In this document: one piece after another, positions 37,459-47,635 of the stretch
Layout: the number at the start of each line of letters is the position of its first letter
Position numbering within the stretch: the first letter of the stretch is position 1
IMG/VR virus record: IMGVR_UViG_3300034685_000168
Location: 1-64,000 of that record
Length of the DNA stretch: 64,000 bases
Strand: one strand, 5' to 3'
From: a virus
Made by a program: the position numbers and the translations under genes
The notes under the pieces: model-generated
Told to the model about the DNA's origin: nothing
Databases searched by the model: none
What the model saw: only the letters and a program-made list of their open reading frames with translations

Positions 37459-39981
37459 ATGTTTATTAAGAAACTAATATTAAAAAAATATATTCCTCAT
37501 ATGTCAGGTGGAATACAAGAATTATCAGTAGATATAAAAAGTCCTGTTACTATAATAATAGGACAAAATAATAGTGGTAAATCAACAACATTTAATCAAC
37601 TACATCCTTATGCTAAAAGTACTAATATATTCTCTAAAGGATTAAATTATTTAGAAATAGAACATAAGAATAATATATTTATTTTAGAATCTAATTTTAC
37701 TAGATCTAATAATAATCATTCTTTTTTATTAAATAATGAAGAATTAAATAAATCTAATATAAGTACAATACAAAATACTTTAGTGGAAGAACATCTAGGT
37801 TATACTGCTTTAATACATAGTCTTTCTCATGGTAAAATATTAATATCTAATCTAGGAAAAGCTGAACGTAAAAAATTATTTATGGAAGCTAATCCTGTTA
37901 ATATAGGGTTTATTTTACAATATCATAAAAAAATATCTAAAGATATAAGAACTTTTAATAATCAATTATCTCTATTAAAAACTAGAGAAATAGATTTAAA
38001 ACAAAAGTTAATGGATAAGAATATATTAGATAATATCAATAAACATACTGAAGAATTAAAGAATAAAGAAATAGAACTTTCTAAAGTAATATATTTATTA
38101 GAACAACAATTATCTGAACTTATAAATAATCCATTAGATGATTATGATTTAGAAGATGAAAAAGTAGCTAAAAATCTATCTTCTATTCTAAACAATTTTA
38201 AGCCTCAGATTGTCTTAAAAAACGAACAGCCTATCATCACTCACCTTAGTGGTCAGAAGCAGTATTACGACTATATAAAGTCATCTATACAAGACAATTT
38301 AAGCACCTTAAAAGAAGAGGTTGATAATTATGAAAAAAATGAAAATCTAAATATTAATAAAGAATTAGAAGATTATACTTTTAAGTTAAATAGTCTTAAT
38401 AAAGTTATTGAAAAAATTAACTATAATGATAAAATTCCATATATAGATTTAGATAATAGAATTAATATAGAAAATAGATTAGATGAATTAACTAATCTAT
38501 TACATATTATTAGAAATGTTGATAAAGTTATTAATCTAGAACAACTAAAAGATTTAGAAGATGAATATACTTTAATTAATAATAGATTATCTATTATATC
38601 AAGAGAAATTAATCATCTTAATGATTTACTTAATAATTATAAAACTGAATATACCAAAATAGGAGATAATCCTTATCCTGAAGATTGTAATAGAAAATGT
38701 AATATTAGAATTAATATAAAAGAAAAAGTAGATGAACTAACTAAATTAACAACTTCTTTAAAAAATAAATTAAAAGATTTAGAAAAAGATAAAATAGAAT
38801 TAGAAGAAAAAAAAGAACAATTTAAAGATAACTTAAGTAAATATGATAATACTTATAAAAATGCTTTTACTAAAATAAATTCTTTTATAGATAGATATTA
38901 TTTATTATCTGAATATATCCTTAATAAAGACTCATTGTTAAAAACTTTAAATAAAGATCCTTTTTCTATAAAGAATAAATTAATAGAAGTAATAGAAAAC
39001 TCTAAAGAAAGAGATAAATTATATGAAGTTAATAAAGAAAAAGAATCAATTGAATTTAAAATAAAAACATTAAGAGAAACTAATTTAAAAGAATTAGAAA
39101 ATATAACTAAAATATATTTAGATAAAAAAGAGCAACTAATTAAATATAATAAAAAATTAGATAATCTTAATGATAAGATTAAAATTAAAAATGATCAAAT
39201 TAATTTAGTTAATGAATCATTAGAACGAAAAGAATCTTTTAATAAACTTCAATTACAACTAAAAAGATATTATGAATATCTTATTTATGAAAAAACAATA
39301 GAATTTTATAAAACTACTATAAAGAAATTTAATGAATATAAATTAGAAATATTAGAAGAAATAACTGAAAAAAATAAAACTATTAAAACACAAAATGAAT
39401 ATATAACAAGATTAGATCAAGAAATACTTCCTAATATAAAAGACTTAGAAGATAAATTAGAGAAGTGGGAACTTATTAATAAAGTGATTAGTCCCGATGG
39501 TATTCCTAAAAGACACAATAGAGTATTTATTAATAAGATTATAGATATAGTTAATAACCATTTAGAATGCGTATGGACTAATACATTAAAAATAAAAAAA
39601 ATAAGAAAAAATCAAGATATAGATTTTAATTTTAAAGTAATAGTTAAAAATGATATTGTGTCTGATATTAGTTTATGTTCTAGTAGTCAAAAGGATATGA
39701 TTAATTTAGCTTTTCAATTAGCTATAATGGAAGTTACAGGTTGGAATAAAGAATATCCTTTTTTCATAGACGAGTGTGATGCATATATGAGTGAGTATCA
39801 TAAATCTAAAGTATTAGAATTAATAATCAAATTGATAAGAGAAAAAAGAATAATGCAATTATTTTTTATTAGTCATAGTGCTGCATTAATGGGAATACCG
39901 AATGCAGAAGTAGTTTGTTTAGATGATACAGAAATGGTTGTACCAGAAAGCTATAATAATTATACTACTATAATTAGATAA
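37459..39981 (+). CDS. sbcC: SbcC/Rad50-like SMC ATPase
   Basis: Walker A GQNNSGKST, long coiled coils with central CNRKC, signature CSSSQ, Walker B FFIDE, ISH switch. Confidence 0.92.
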   Translation: MFIKKLILKKYIPHMSGGIQELSVDIKSPVTIIIGQNNSGKSTTFNQLHPYAKSTNIFSKGLNYLEIEHKNNIFILESNFTRSNNNHSFLLNNEELNKSNISTIQNTLVEEHLGYTALIHSLSHGKILISNLGKAERKKLFMEANPVNIGFILQYHKKISKDIRTFNNQLSLLKTREIDLKQKLMDKNILDNINKHTEELKNKEIELSKVIYLLEQQLSELINNPLDDYDLEDEKVAKNLSSILNNFKPQIVLKNEQPIITHLSGQKQYYDYIKSSIQDNLSTLKEEVDNYEKNENLNINKELEDYTFKLNSLNKVIEKINYNDKIPYIDLDNRINIENRLDELTNLLHIIRNVDKVINLEQLKDLEDEYTLINNRLSIISREINHLNDLLNNYKTEYTKIGDNPYPEDCNRKCNIRINIKEKVDELTKLTTSLKNKLKDLEKDKIELEEKKEQFKDNLSKYDNTYKNAFTKINSFIDRYYLLSEYILNKDSLLKTLNKDPFSIKNKLIEVIENSKERDKLYEVNKEKESIEFKIKTLRETNLKELENITKIYLDKKEQLIKYNKKLDNLNDKIKIKNDQINLVNESLERKESFNKLQLQLKRYYEYLIYEKTIEFYKTTIKKFNEYKLEILEEITEKNKTIKTQNEYITRLDQEILPNIKDLEDKLEKWELINKVISPDGIPKRHNRVFINKIIDIVNNHLECVWTNTLKIKKIRKNQDIDFNFKVIVKNDIVSDISLCSSSQKDMINLAFQLAIMEVTGWNKEYPFFIDECDAYMSEYHKSKVLELIIKLIREKRIMQLFFISHSAALMGIPNAEVVCLDDTEMVVPESYNNYTTIIR

Positions 39982-39989
39982 AAAAATAT

Positions 39990-40024
39990 TATTATAAGAG
40001 GACTTTTATAGTCCTCTTATAATA
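39990..40024. terminator. Bidirectional terminator
   Basis: TATTATAAGAGGAC / GTCCTCTTATAATA. Confidence 0.8.
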
Positions 40025-40028
40025 GGTT

Positions 40029-40481
40029 TTAATAATTATTAATAAATTTTGTTACCATATTTTCATATCTTTGTATTACAGGATTGTAATTACTCAATTG
40101 TCTTTGCAAAACAATATCAGTAACACCATGATTATTATTTTTCAAACATTTATCCATACTTGTATGGACTTCTATAATCTTTACTTTATAATCCATAGAT
40201 AATGCCACTTGTATATAAGGAGCATATTCTTCTGGTTTCAAATTAGTATTATCAACAACTATTTTTTCTTCATCATTGATAAGTAAATGTAAATATTTTT
40301 TCATACAACTTATGTGTGCTTCGGTTAATTTATTAACATCAAATATATACTCATTATTATCATTAATAAAATAATGATCAGCAGAACAAATTTTATGATC
40401 ATTTAAATTATTTTTAATATAAGTACTTTTACCTGAACCAGATATACCTCTCATTAATATTACTTCTTTTTTATTGTCCAT
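40029..40481 (-). CDS. AAA_33 / polynucleotide kinase-like P-loop kinase
   Basis: MRGISGSGKST, CSADHYF, VVDNTN, NHGV. Confidence 0.88.
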   Translation of the reverse strand: MDNKKEVILMRGISGSGKSTYIKNNLNDHKICSADHYFINDNNEYIFDVNKLTEAHISCMKKYLHLLINDEEKIVVDNTNLKPEEYAPYIQVALSMDYKVKIIEVHTSMDKCLKNNNHGVTDIVLQRQLSNYNPVIQRYENMVTKFINNY

Positions 40482-40535
40482 TTTGTTTTTCCTTTAGTTT
40501 TCTATTAAATGATTTATTTTCTTGGCTTTCTGATA

Positions 40536-40739
40536 TCATTTTAATTTATCCTTTTTGTTGAAAAATGGTCTTTCTCTCAATCTAATTGCTTTTTTAAATT
40601 CAATACCTTTCCTTGATATAGTTAATTTAATTTTGTCTTTACCTTCTTCTAAATTCATTTCTTCTCTTATTCGTTTCGGTATTGTTATTTGACCATTTTT
40701 AGATACTGGTATAATGTAAGTGTTACCTAAAAAAATCAT
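40536..40739 (-). CDS. AbrB/MazE/SpoVT-family DNA-binding protein
   Basis: VSKNGQITIPKRIREEMNLEEG signature. Confidence 0.88.
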   Translation of the reverse strand: MIFLGNTYIIPVSKNGQITIPKRIREEMNLEEGKDKIKLTISRKGIEFKKAIRLRERPFFNKKDKLK

Positions 40740-40790
40740 AATGAAACAATATCTCCTTTCTTTAATTAATTAAATTATTATATCATAAAA

Positions 40791-40816
40791 GAAATATATA
40801 AATGATTTTTATATGA
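40791..40816 (-). promoter_or_regulatory. Putative early promoter
   Basis: TCA-TATAAAAATC-ATTTATATATTTC. Confidence 0.75.
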
Positions 40817-40821
40817 AAAAA

Positions 40822-40850
40822 AAATAAGAGGATTTAAGTTCCTCTTATTT
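40822..40850 (-). terminator. Terminator
   Basis: AAATAAGAGGA / TCCTCTTATTT stem followed by a T-run that runs into the promoter TCA. Confidence 0.75.
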
Positions 40851-40853
40851 ATA

Positions 40854-41027
40854 TTAGTGAGGAAGAGATAAATCAACTTCCTCAACCAATGTTTTATTTA
40901 TTGGGATGTAAACTTCTTCACATCCCAATTCATCACAGAGTTTGATATTAATTTCAAGTCCAGGTTCGTATGATGAGATATAGATCGCTTCGCCATTTAT
41001 TTCTATTTTAATTTTTCTTGCATTCAT
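40854..41027 (-). CDS. Small hypothetical protein (57 aa, MNARKIKIEINGEAIYISSYEPG...)
   Basis: Read by hand; AAAGGA RBS; followed by a terminator. Confidence 0.65.
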   Translation of the reverse strand: MNARKIKIEINGEAIYISSYEPGLEINIKLCDELGCEEVYIPINKTLVEEVDLSLPH

Positions 41028-41086
41028 AATTTTTTCCTTTCTTTTTTGTTATGGAGAAATATTATATGTTTTATATAGGTAAGTAT

Positions 41087-41124
41087 AATAAGTAACAAGG
41101 GAACTTAATCCCTTGTTACTTATT
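41087..41124. terminator. Inverted repeat (terminator or leader hairpin)
   Basis: AATAAGTAACAAGGGA / TCCCTTGTTACTTATT. Confidence 0.6.
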
Positions 41125-41235
41125 TTCTTATTTTTCCTCGATCACATCGAGGATGTCTCCTATGTCCAACATCTTTTTTTCTCCTTTTATAATAATTAAT
41201 ATTTCTATCTTCTTATAAAAGGAATATATAACTAA

Positions 41236-41823
41236 TTATTTTTCATTAACAGTATATTTCTTATATAATACAAAATCATATCTACCTTTATGCCAATCCC
41301 AGTTTAAAATAATTCTTTTAAAAAATTCAGGCATTATATGTAGATCTAATGAACTTATTTCATTATTACTTATTACATAACATTTTTCATCAGATATTAT
41401 ATCTACATTTTTACTTACTGTTCTTCTGAGATATAATAACTTTTTTTCTATAAAGAAAATTGCATTATGACCTCTTTTTAAATCATTAGAAAATAAATAA
41501 CAATCTATAATTGTTCCTTTAGTTTTACTATTTTTTAAATATTTTTTTAATATTAATTTATTTATACTAACTAGATCTTCACAATCACCTTGTTTATTAC
41601 GTAATATAGTCGTAATAGGCCAAGCTTGCCAATCTATATAATCTCGTTTATATTTAAAAGTATTAATTAATGATAAATCTTCTATAGTATTAACTTTTTT
41701 ATAAAATTCTATCACATTTTTTATTCTATAACAATATCTTAGAATATATAATAGATTAAAAAAAATACTATAAAACTTTTTAAAATAAAAGCTATAAAAA
41801 TAAAGTAATTTGTATTTTAACAT
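41236..41823 (-). CDS. Transglutaminase-like cysteine protease domain protein
   Basis: YKRD..DWQAWP.T...KQGDCEDL...GHNA pattern; hydrophobic/aromatic N-terminus. Confidence 0.6.
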   Translation of the reverse strand: MLKYKLLYFYSFYFKKFYSIFFNLLYILRYCYRIKNVIEFYKKVNTIEDLSLINTFKYKRDYIDWQAWPITTILRNKQGDCEDLVSINKLILKKYLKNSKTKGTIIDCYLFSNDLKRGHNAIFFIEKKLLYLRRTVSKNVDIISDEKCYVISNNEISSLDLHIMPEFFKRIILNWDWHKGRYDFVLYKKYTVNEK

Positions 41824-41910
41824 TTTCTTATTTTTCTCCTACATTTTAAATTATTAATATTTTATATATAATAAACAATTAACTTATAAAATAAAAAGGA
41901 TATTTAAAAT

Positions 41911-42738
41911 ATGTCTGGTATATATAATCCAATAGAATTATTTTTTAGAGAATTACAATTTATAGATATCCCATCTGATATACTACAAATAACATTTAAT
42001 CCTGATAGAAACCCTTCTGTTAGTATTCATAATTTAATTTATCAAAAAATAATAATTAATAAAGTACTACATGATTTAAACTTAGCAGGTGGAAGAACTA
42101 AAAATATTATATTAAGACGAGAATGGAGAATCCAATCGGTTCTTAATAGAAATGATAGACAATATAATAATAGTTCTTTTGTATTATATGAAATACCTAA
42201 TGAATATTTAGAAAATGGAATTATAACTAATGTAATAGCTATTAATATTCCTTCTTTATATAATACATTAGGTGGAGAATATATTAATAGATCTTATAAT
42301 ACTATGAACACTTATGGAAGTGCCACATCTGCTGTATTAGATAGTAATTTAAATAGAGGTGGTGGGTTTAGACCTAAAGGTATTCCAGAAGCTCCCAATA
42401 TAATTAGAATAGAACCTGGATTTAGAAGCCATATGGATTTAGAGGTAGTATTAAAAATATCTATAGATCCTAATTTAAACACATTACCTGAAAATTTAAT
42501 TAGACCTTTTATTGAATTATCTACATTAGCATTACAAGCATATATTTATAATGAACTTATAGTTAAAATAGAAAGAGGATATATAGAAGGTGGTTATGAA
42601 ATAGGTGTTATAAAAGAATTAGTGGAAAGATATAGTGATAAGTACATTGAATATAAAGAAAAATTAAGTACTCTTCCAGGCAAATCAGCCTATTCAGATC
42701 CCAGATCTAGACAGAGGATGTACTACTATATGATATAG
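41911..42738 (+). CDS. Virion structural protein (phiKZ gp139-like)
   Basis: IP.DIL..TF, DLNLAGG, AYIYNEL...GG.EIG patterns; convergent with a ~420-aa gene as recalled for phiKZ. Confidence 0.5.
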   Translation: MSGIYNPIELFFRELQFIDIPSDILQITFNPDRNPSVSIHNLIYQKIIINKVLHDLNLAGGRTKNIILRREWRIQSVLNRNDRQYNNSSFVLYEIPNEYLENGIITNVIAINIPSLYNTLGGEYINRSYNTMNTYGSATSAVLDSNLNRGGGFRPKGIPEAPNIIRIEPGFRSHMDLEVVLKISIDPNLNTLPENLIRPFIELSTLALQAYIYNELIVKIERGYIEGGYEIGVIKELVERYSDKYIEYKEKLSTLPGKSAYSDPRSRQRMYYYMI

Positions 42739-42748
42739 CTTAAATAGA

Positions 42749-42782
42749 CTTATATAGAAGGACAAAAGTCCTTCTATATAAG
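42749..42782. terminator. Bidirectional terminator
   Basis: CTTATATAGAAGGAC-AAAA-GTCCTTCTATATAAG. Confidence 0.8.
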
Positions 42783-42784
42783 CA

Positions 42785-44032
42785 TTATTTAGTGATAAAA
42801 TTAAAACTTCTAAATAATAGATAAATTATTAATGCTAATCGTAAAGCTACAATTGATTGTGGTCTAATTGTAATTTTAGTATTAATAACAAAATGATCAA
42901 AAGATCTCTTAACCTTTAATATTTCTGGATCTTTAATTTGTGATGAAGAATAAGTATTAAAAGCTTTTTCTAAAATACGAAGTGGTTTAGAAATATCAAC
43001 TTTATCTACAATACAAATATTATAAATTTGTTTTAACATTGTAGAAGTTAATGTTTTTAAATGTATTATAAAATCTTCACCTTGTATTGTTTTTTCATAA
43101 TTATATTTATCCATATTAACTTGTTGTACAGCTAAATCAGAAAAATAATTTAATATTCTTAATACATTTTCTTCTCTAACTTTTTTAACAAATAATGTTG
43201 TTTTTTTAATATCATCATGATTTATAAATGTTGTTGTATTAGTAATTTGATTAGTTACATTTAGAACTAAGTTTTCTAATCCTTTAACATCTTTTAATAT
43301 TTTTTTACCTTCTATTTCTCCTATTAATGTATAACTATCTATAGCTTTATTTTCTTGATTGTATTTATAAAATAAATTAGCTATAACTTTTATTCTTGAA
43401 TTTAAATTAGCATAACTATTAGCTATTACATATTGAACTAAATAATCAGAAGAAAAAAATAAAATAGATGTATGGTGTTTGTTATTTTTATCATAAACTA
43501 ATCTTGTAACTAAATCTTCTATTACAGCTTTCCATGATTGTAGTTTAACTAATATAAAACTATTATCTAATTGACTAATTGTATATTCCATTACTGATTC
43601 CATTGGTGGAAATTCAAAATATTTTCTTATAAGCCCAGAAAATAATTTATAATGTAACATCTTAATAACATTAAAACACCCAGATAATATATCTTTCTTA
43701 GGTAAATTAGAATTCAATATTAAATGTGATAACCATAAACAAAATAAATTATAAGGATCAGTAATTGTATTATTGGATAAATCTATTCCATCAACTTGTT
43801 TAATTGCATTATAAAAAGATTTAATATCCGTATCAAATATTTCAAATAAATAATCTTTATCTTTATCAGTAAAACTAATAGTTTTTACTGCTAATAACAT
43901 ACCATTAAGAGCTTCTGGGTGATTTCTATAAACTTCCCAAGCTCTTGTATATTTTTCTATAGCTATTATATGGCTTTTTGTTATTTCAAAATTAAAAGAT
44001 TTTTTAAAACTATTTTTTAATGAAGTTTCCAT
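42785..44032 (-). CDS. Conserved jumbo phage protein (phiKZ gp140-like)
   Basis: DPYNL..LWL.H, YKLFS, LRLALIIYLLFR patterns; start moved to METSLK after AAGGA. Confidence 0.5.
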   Translation of the reverse strand: METSLKNSFKKSFNFEITKSHIIAIEKYTRAWEVYRNHPEALNGMLLAVKTISFTDKDKDYLFEIFDTDIKSFYNAIKQVDGIDLSNNTITDPYNLFCLWLSHLILNSNLPKKDILSGCFNVIKMLHYKLFSGLIRKYFEFPPMESVMEYTISQLDNSFILVKLQSWKAVIEDLVTRLVYDKNNKHHTSILFFSSDYLVQYVIANSYANLNSRIKVIANLFYKYNQENKAIDSYTLIGEIEGKKILKDVKGLENLVLNVTNQITNTTTFINHDDIKKTTLFVKKVREENVLRILNYFSDLAVQQVNMDKYNYEKTIQGEDFIIHLKTLTSTMLKQIYNICIVDKVDISKPLRILEKAFNTYSSSQIKDPEILKVKRSFDHFVINTKITIRPQSIVALRLALIIYLLFRSFNFITK

Positions 44033-44046
44033 AATAATCCTTATTT

Positions 44047-44745
44047 TTAATATATACAAAATAATGAAGTAGCAATTATTGTTTTATTTCTCGTAGAATA
44101 CACTGTTCTCTTTACATAAGGAAATATTAAATCTATTCTTGTATGAAAATATTCAGCTATTTCTTTAGTTACTAAATAATAATTATTACCTTCATTTATT
44201 TTTAAATTACCTGAGAAGAAATTATTTACTTTTTTAACATTTATTAAATTATTTAATTTTATTATTTCTTTAAATTCATAATTTATTTTAACAACTTCAT
44301 CTATATGTTCTTTTAAAAATAATATATATTTATTTTCATCATATAAATATACATCAGCAGTTATTTTATTAAATATATTAATATAAGTTTCTTCTATATT
44401 TTCTTCAGTATAATCTAATTCATAAATCATACCTTCTTGAGTTAATAATACATCTAGACCATCTTTATAAGTTTTTTGGAATAAAAATACTATATCTTTA
44501 CGCAATTCATATATATTGGTTAATACTGATAAATTATAATTTTCAGGTGTTAAGATATATAAATTATTAATATCTTCTTTTTCAGGTAAAGTTTGATTAG
44601 ATGGTAATAATTTTATTGTATTTTTACCATTATTAATTGTAATAGCTTTATCTGTACAATTAATTATATTACGTATATCTTTTTTAATTACATTATTCTT
44701 TACAATATGTTGTATATATCCACAATTTTTAATTAAACATCTCAT
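44047..44745 (-). CDS. Hypothetical protein with two internally similar halves
   Basis: LYILT..NY...ELRKDIVF resembles YYLVT.EIA..FHTRIDLIF; start moved to MRCLIK after AAGGA. Confidence 0.6.
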   Translation of the reverse strand: MRCLIKNCGYIQHIVKNNVIKKDIRNIINCTDKAITINNGKNTIKLLPSNQTLPEKEDINNLYILTPENYNLSVLTNIYELRKDIVFLFQKTYKDGLDVLLTQEGMIYELDYTEENIEETYINIFNKITADVYLYDENKYILFLKEHIDEVVKINYEFKEIIKLNNLINVKKVNNFFSGNLKINEGNNYYLVTKEIAEYFHTRIDLIFPYVKRTVYSTRNKTIIATSLFCIY

Positions 44746-44797
44746 AAATATATAATCCTTTAAAAATACTAACATTACAGTTATATAATTATAGATA

Positions 44798-44833
44798 ATA
44801 GATAGGTATAGGAATATTCCTATACCTATCTAT
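44798..44833 (-). terminator. Perfect palindrome after terminase
   Basis: ATAGATAGGTATAGGAAT|ATTCCTATACCTATCTAT. Confidence 0.75.
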
Positions 44834-44842
44834 AATATGTTT

Positions 44843-46960
44843 TTATTTATTAAGTAATCTTCTTAATGTATTAGATAAATTTAATCTTTTATCTTTTTTA
44901 TTTTCTATGGTTTCAGTATCTAAACTAGATTGAGATTGGATAGCTTGTTTGATTTCATGATTAATAGAACTTTCGACTAACAACAATTCTCTTTTATAAA
45001 TCTCTTTTAAACTATTAGAAGAAGTAATTTCTATTAATTCTTTTAATCCATCTCTACGTTTACGTAATTCCATTTGATTTTCTATTTCAGTTTTACTATA
45101 AGTATTATTAGGGTCTATATGTTTAATCATAAACTTATTTGCATCTATGTTATATATATAAGTATTTTTAGCATATTTAATAAACCATTGACCTATCATC
45201 CATGCCATTAATAAGTCATCGTGTTTACCATCTGGGTGATCTATTCTACCATTTTTATTTTTAATACTTTGTATTTCAAGTATTAATCTTTCATCATATA
45301 ATTTAGTTTTACATTCAGGTATTACGTCTTTATAAATAGAAGAATATAAAATATGTCTTGAAGCAGTAGTTGTTCTAAATCCAAAACACTTTTTATCAGG
45401 ACCAACTATACTTCCAACATGATAGAAATCTCTTTTTTCCGGATGTATTGCGGTATCTACTTTTGTATTAAATATTCTTAAATACGGATTTATATTTGCA
45501 TTTTCACAAAATGCTAAAACGTTATCTAATATAGATGCACCTACATGATTACGTTCAGGTATATAAAGTAATTTATCATAATTAACTATAAAATCAAATG
45601 CTAATTCACTTATATGGAATAAATTACTTATATTACATTTACAACTTGCAACTAATGATAAATCTTCTGGATCTAATACAACAAATGTTGTAAAGTCTTC
45701 CCCAATATCTTCAGAACTATCATTAGCTAATATTAAACTTTTATTTTTTCTAAATTCATTAGATTCTATTTCACTTTTCTCTCTAAACCAATAAATTAAT
45801 ATATTATTAAAATTTTGTACATAACAAGCATCTTTTTTATAATTACTTAATTCAGATAATAAAATTGGATTTAATATACTTGATGACCCTGAACCAACTG
45901 ACCATTTCCCTAAGAAATCTCGTTCTACTTCTTCTCTTGTTAAGTTACCATTACGAATACGTTCTTCTAACCATGCTTTATCTTTACCTAATTGTAAATA
46001 TGATTTAGTTATATAAACCATATTATTTTTAGAATTCTTAGTTACCAATGCAATTAATTCGTCATGATCTTTACAATCATAGATACCTTCATACCAAGGC
46101 ATACATTTTTTAACAATAGAATATGCAAAATCTCCAGAAGCAGTTGTTAAATCACCAGCGGTTGTAAATATCATATTAGCTGTAGGCATATCATTTTTTT
46201 TAGCTTGTTCTGATGCAGCTGACATGGCACTTATAGCTGCTTTATACATAACTTCATTATTATTAATATATGGAAATTCATCCCATGCTAATAGTGGAAC
46301 AGACATACCTCTAACTTTTCTATCAGCAGCTCGTCTATCACTTTGACCAACGAATGTTAAAACTTTATTAAATAATTTATGATAATATAAACCTTCTTTA
46401 TTATCTGTGTCTTTTATACTAGTATTAATTAACCATTGTGGTAAATCATCTCTCATAGATTTTAATCTACTAATGTTTTCTTGTCTAAGATCATTGGTAC
46501 TCATTATTAATCCAATAGTATATCTAAATCCTAATAAATACATCATTAAAATAACAATGGATAATAATGTAATAGTTTTACCTATCTGTCGTGCTATGAC
46601 TAAAAATAAATTTATATCATTAAAAAATAACCACAATACTGCTAAGTTAGCTTGATTAAATTCAAACATTACTGAATCACCAGATGATTGTGGTACTCTT
46701 AATATTTCTCTAAAAAAATATATAGGATTTATTTTTATTTCAACTGCTATTTTTAACATAGTAGAATAAGATAAATTAGGATCTAAAGGATCTATATATC
46801 TAAGATCTTCTTGACATAAAGTTAAAAACCAATAATAATTTTCTATACCTTTTTCTTTTAGTTTTTTAGCTTCTTTTATAGCTGATAAATTTTTAGTTTC
46901 CCAATGGATACCAATATTATTATTTTGTATCCCGTTTATGTATAATAAATTTTTTTCCAT
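44843..46960 (-). CDS. terL: Terminase large subunit (phiKZ gp25-like)
   Basis: Walker A ARQIGKT, Walker B LAWDE, motif III FTTAG, nuclease ANDSSE...ERN...RIDHPDGKHDDLLMAW. Confidence 0.95.
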   Translation of the reverse strand: MEKNLLYINGIQNNNIGIHWETKNLSAIKEAKKLKEKGIENYYWFLTLCQEDLRYIDPLDPNLSYSTMLKIAVEIKINPIYFFREILRVPQSSGDSVMFEFNQANLAVLWLFFNDINLFLVIARQIGKTITLLSIVILMMYLLGFRYTIGLIMSTNDLRQENISRLKSMRDDLPQWLINTSIKDTDNKEGLYYHKLFNKVLTFVGQSDRRAADRKVRGMSVPLLAWDEFPYINNNEVMYKAAISAMSAASEQAKKNDMPTANMIFTTAGDLTTASGDFAYSIVKKCMPWYEGIYDCKDHDELIALVTKNSKNNMVYITKSYLQLGKDKAWLEERIRNGNLTREEVERDFLGKWSVGSGSSSILNPILLSELSNYKKDACYVQNFNNILIYWFREKSEIESNEFRKNKSLILANDSSEDIGEDFTTFVVLDPEDLSLVASCKCNISNLFHISELAFDFIVNYDKLLYIPERNHVGASILDNVLAFCENANINPYLRIFNTKVDTAIHPEKRDFYHVGSIVGPDKKCFGFRTTTASRHILYSSIYKDVIPECKTKLYDERLILEIQSIKNKNGRIDHPDGKHDDLLMAWMIGQWFIKYAKNTYIYNIDANKFMIKHIDPNNTYSKTEIENQMELRKRRDGLKELIEITSSNSLKEIYKRELLLVESSINHEIKQAIQSQSSLDTETIENKKDKRLNLSNTLRRLLNK

Positions 46961-46976
46961 ATCAAATCCTTACAAA

Positions 46977-47007
46977 AGTTATAGGTTGGAAATACCAACC
47001 TATAACT
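46977..47007 (-). terminator. Terminator
   Basis: AGTTATAGGTTGG / CCAACCTATAACT. Confidence 0.75.
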
Positions 47008-47014
47008 ACATATT

Positions 47015-47635
47015 TTATTTATTAGCTATTAATTTATTAATTCTATTTTGTAAATCATTACCATAAAATAATTTAAAATAATCATGTTGTTGATTAATAA
47101 TTTCCATATCTTCATTATTTAAAAAACCTCTTTTATAAAGAGTATTATATAAATCATTAATTATATATTGTTCTATATTAAGTAAATTAATTGTTTTATT
47201 ATATGATCCATAAGAAAAAACATTAACTGGTTTTGCTTCTATAGATGAAATAGGATTCAAAATAATTTCATCCGCTATTTTAATAAAAAATAAAGAATAA
47301 GTATTAGTTCTTCTAATATCAACTTTAATTTTACATGGAAGATTTTCTAATAAATTAACTAGACCATTAATACAAAATATCTCTGAATTAATTATATCTA
47401 AATGAAAATAAATAGTATCTTCATTGGTTAATTGTAATGCAATGTTAATAAGTTCATATACAAACTTATTATGGTAATGAAAATCTACTAAATATACATC
47501 TACTATTTTATTACCATTTTCATCTAATCTAATATTAGATAAACTAGCTTCTTTTTTATTTTCATCATTAGCTGGTTGAGGTGGTTCGATTTTGTCATTT
47601 TTCATATTCATAAGATAAATATCAAGATCTTCCAT
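47015..47635 (-). CDS. Catalytically degenerate ClpP paralog (ClpR-like)
   Basis: Aligns by eye along its length with the adjacent ClpP but lacks the INSxGG, ASMG serine and MFH histidine motifs; TAATG start/stop overlap. Confidence 0.7.
   Translation of the reverse strand: MEDLDIYLMNMKNDKIEPPQPANDENKKEASLSNIRLDENGNKIVDVYLVDFHYHNKFVYELINIALQLTNEDTIYFHLDIINSEIFCINGLVNLLENLPCKIKVDIRRTNTYSLFFIKIADEIILNPISSIEAKPVNVFSYGSYNKTINLLNIEQYIINDLYNTLYKRGFLNNEDMEIINQQHDYFKLFYGNDLQNRINKLIANK

Noticed and set aside
41221-41246. Twelfth early promoter copy
   Set aside because: Has the AGTTATATATTCC core but lacks the upstream TCA at consensus spacing; left uncalled.
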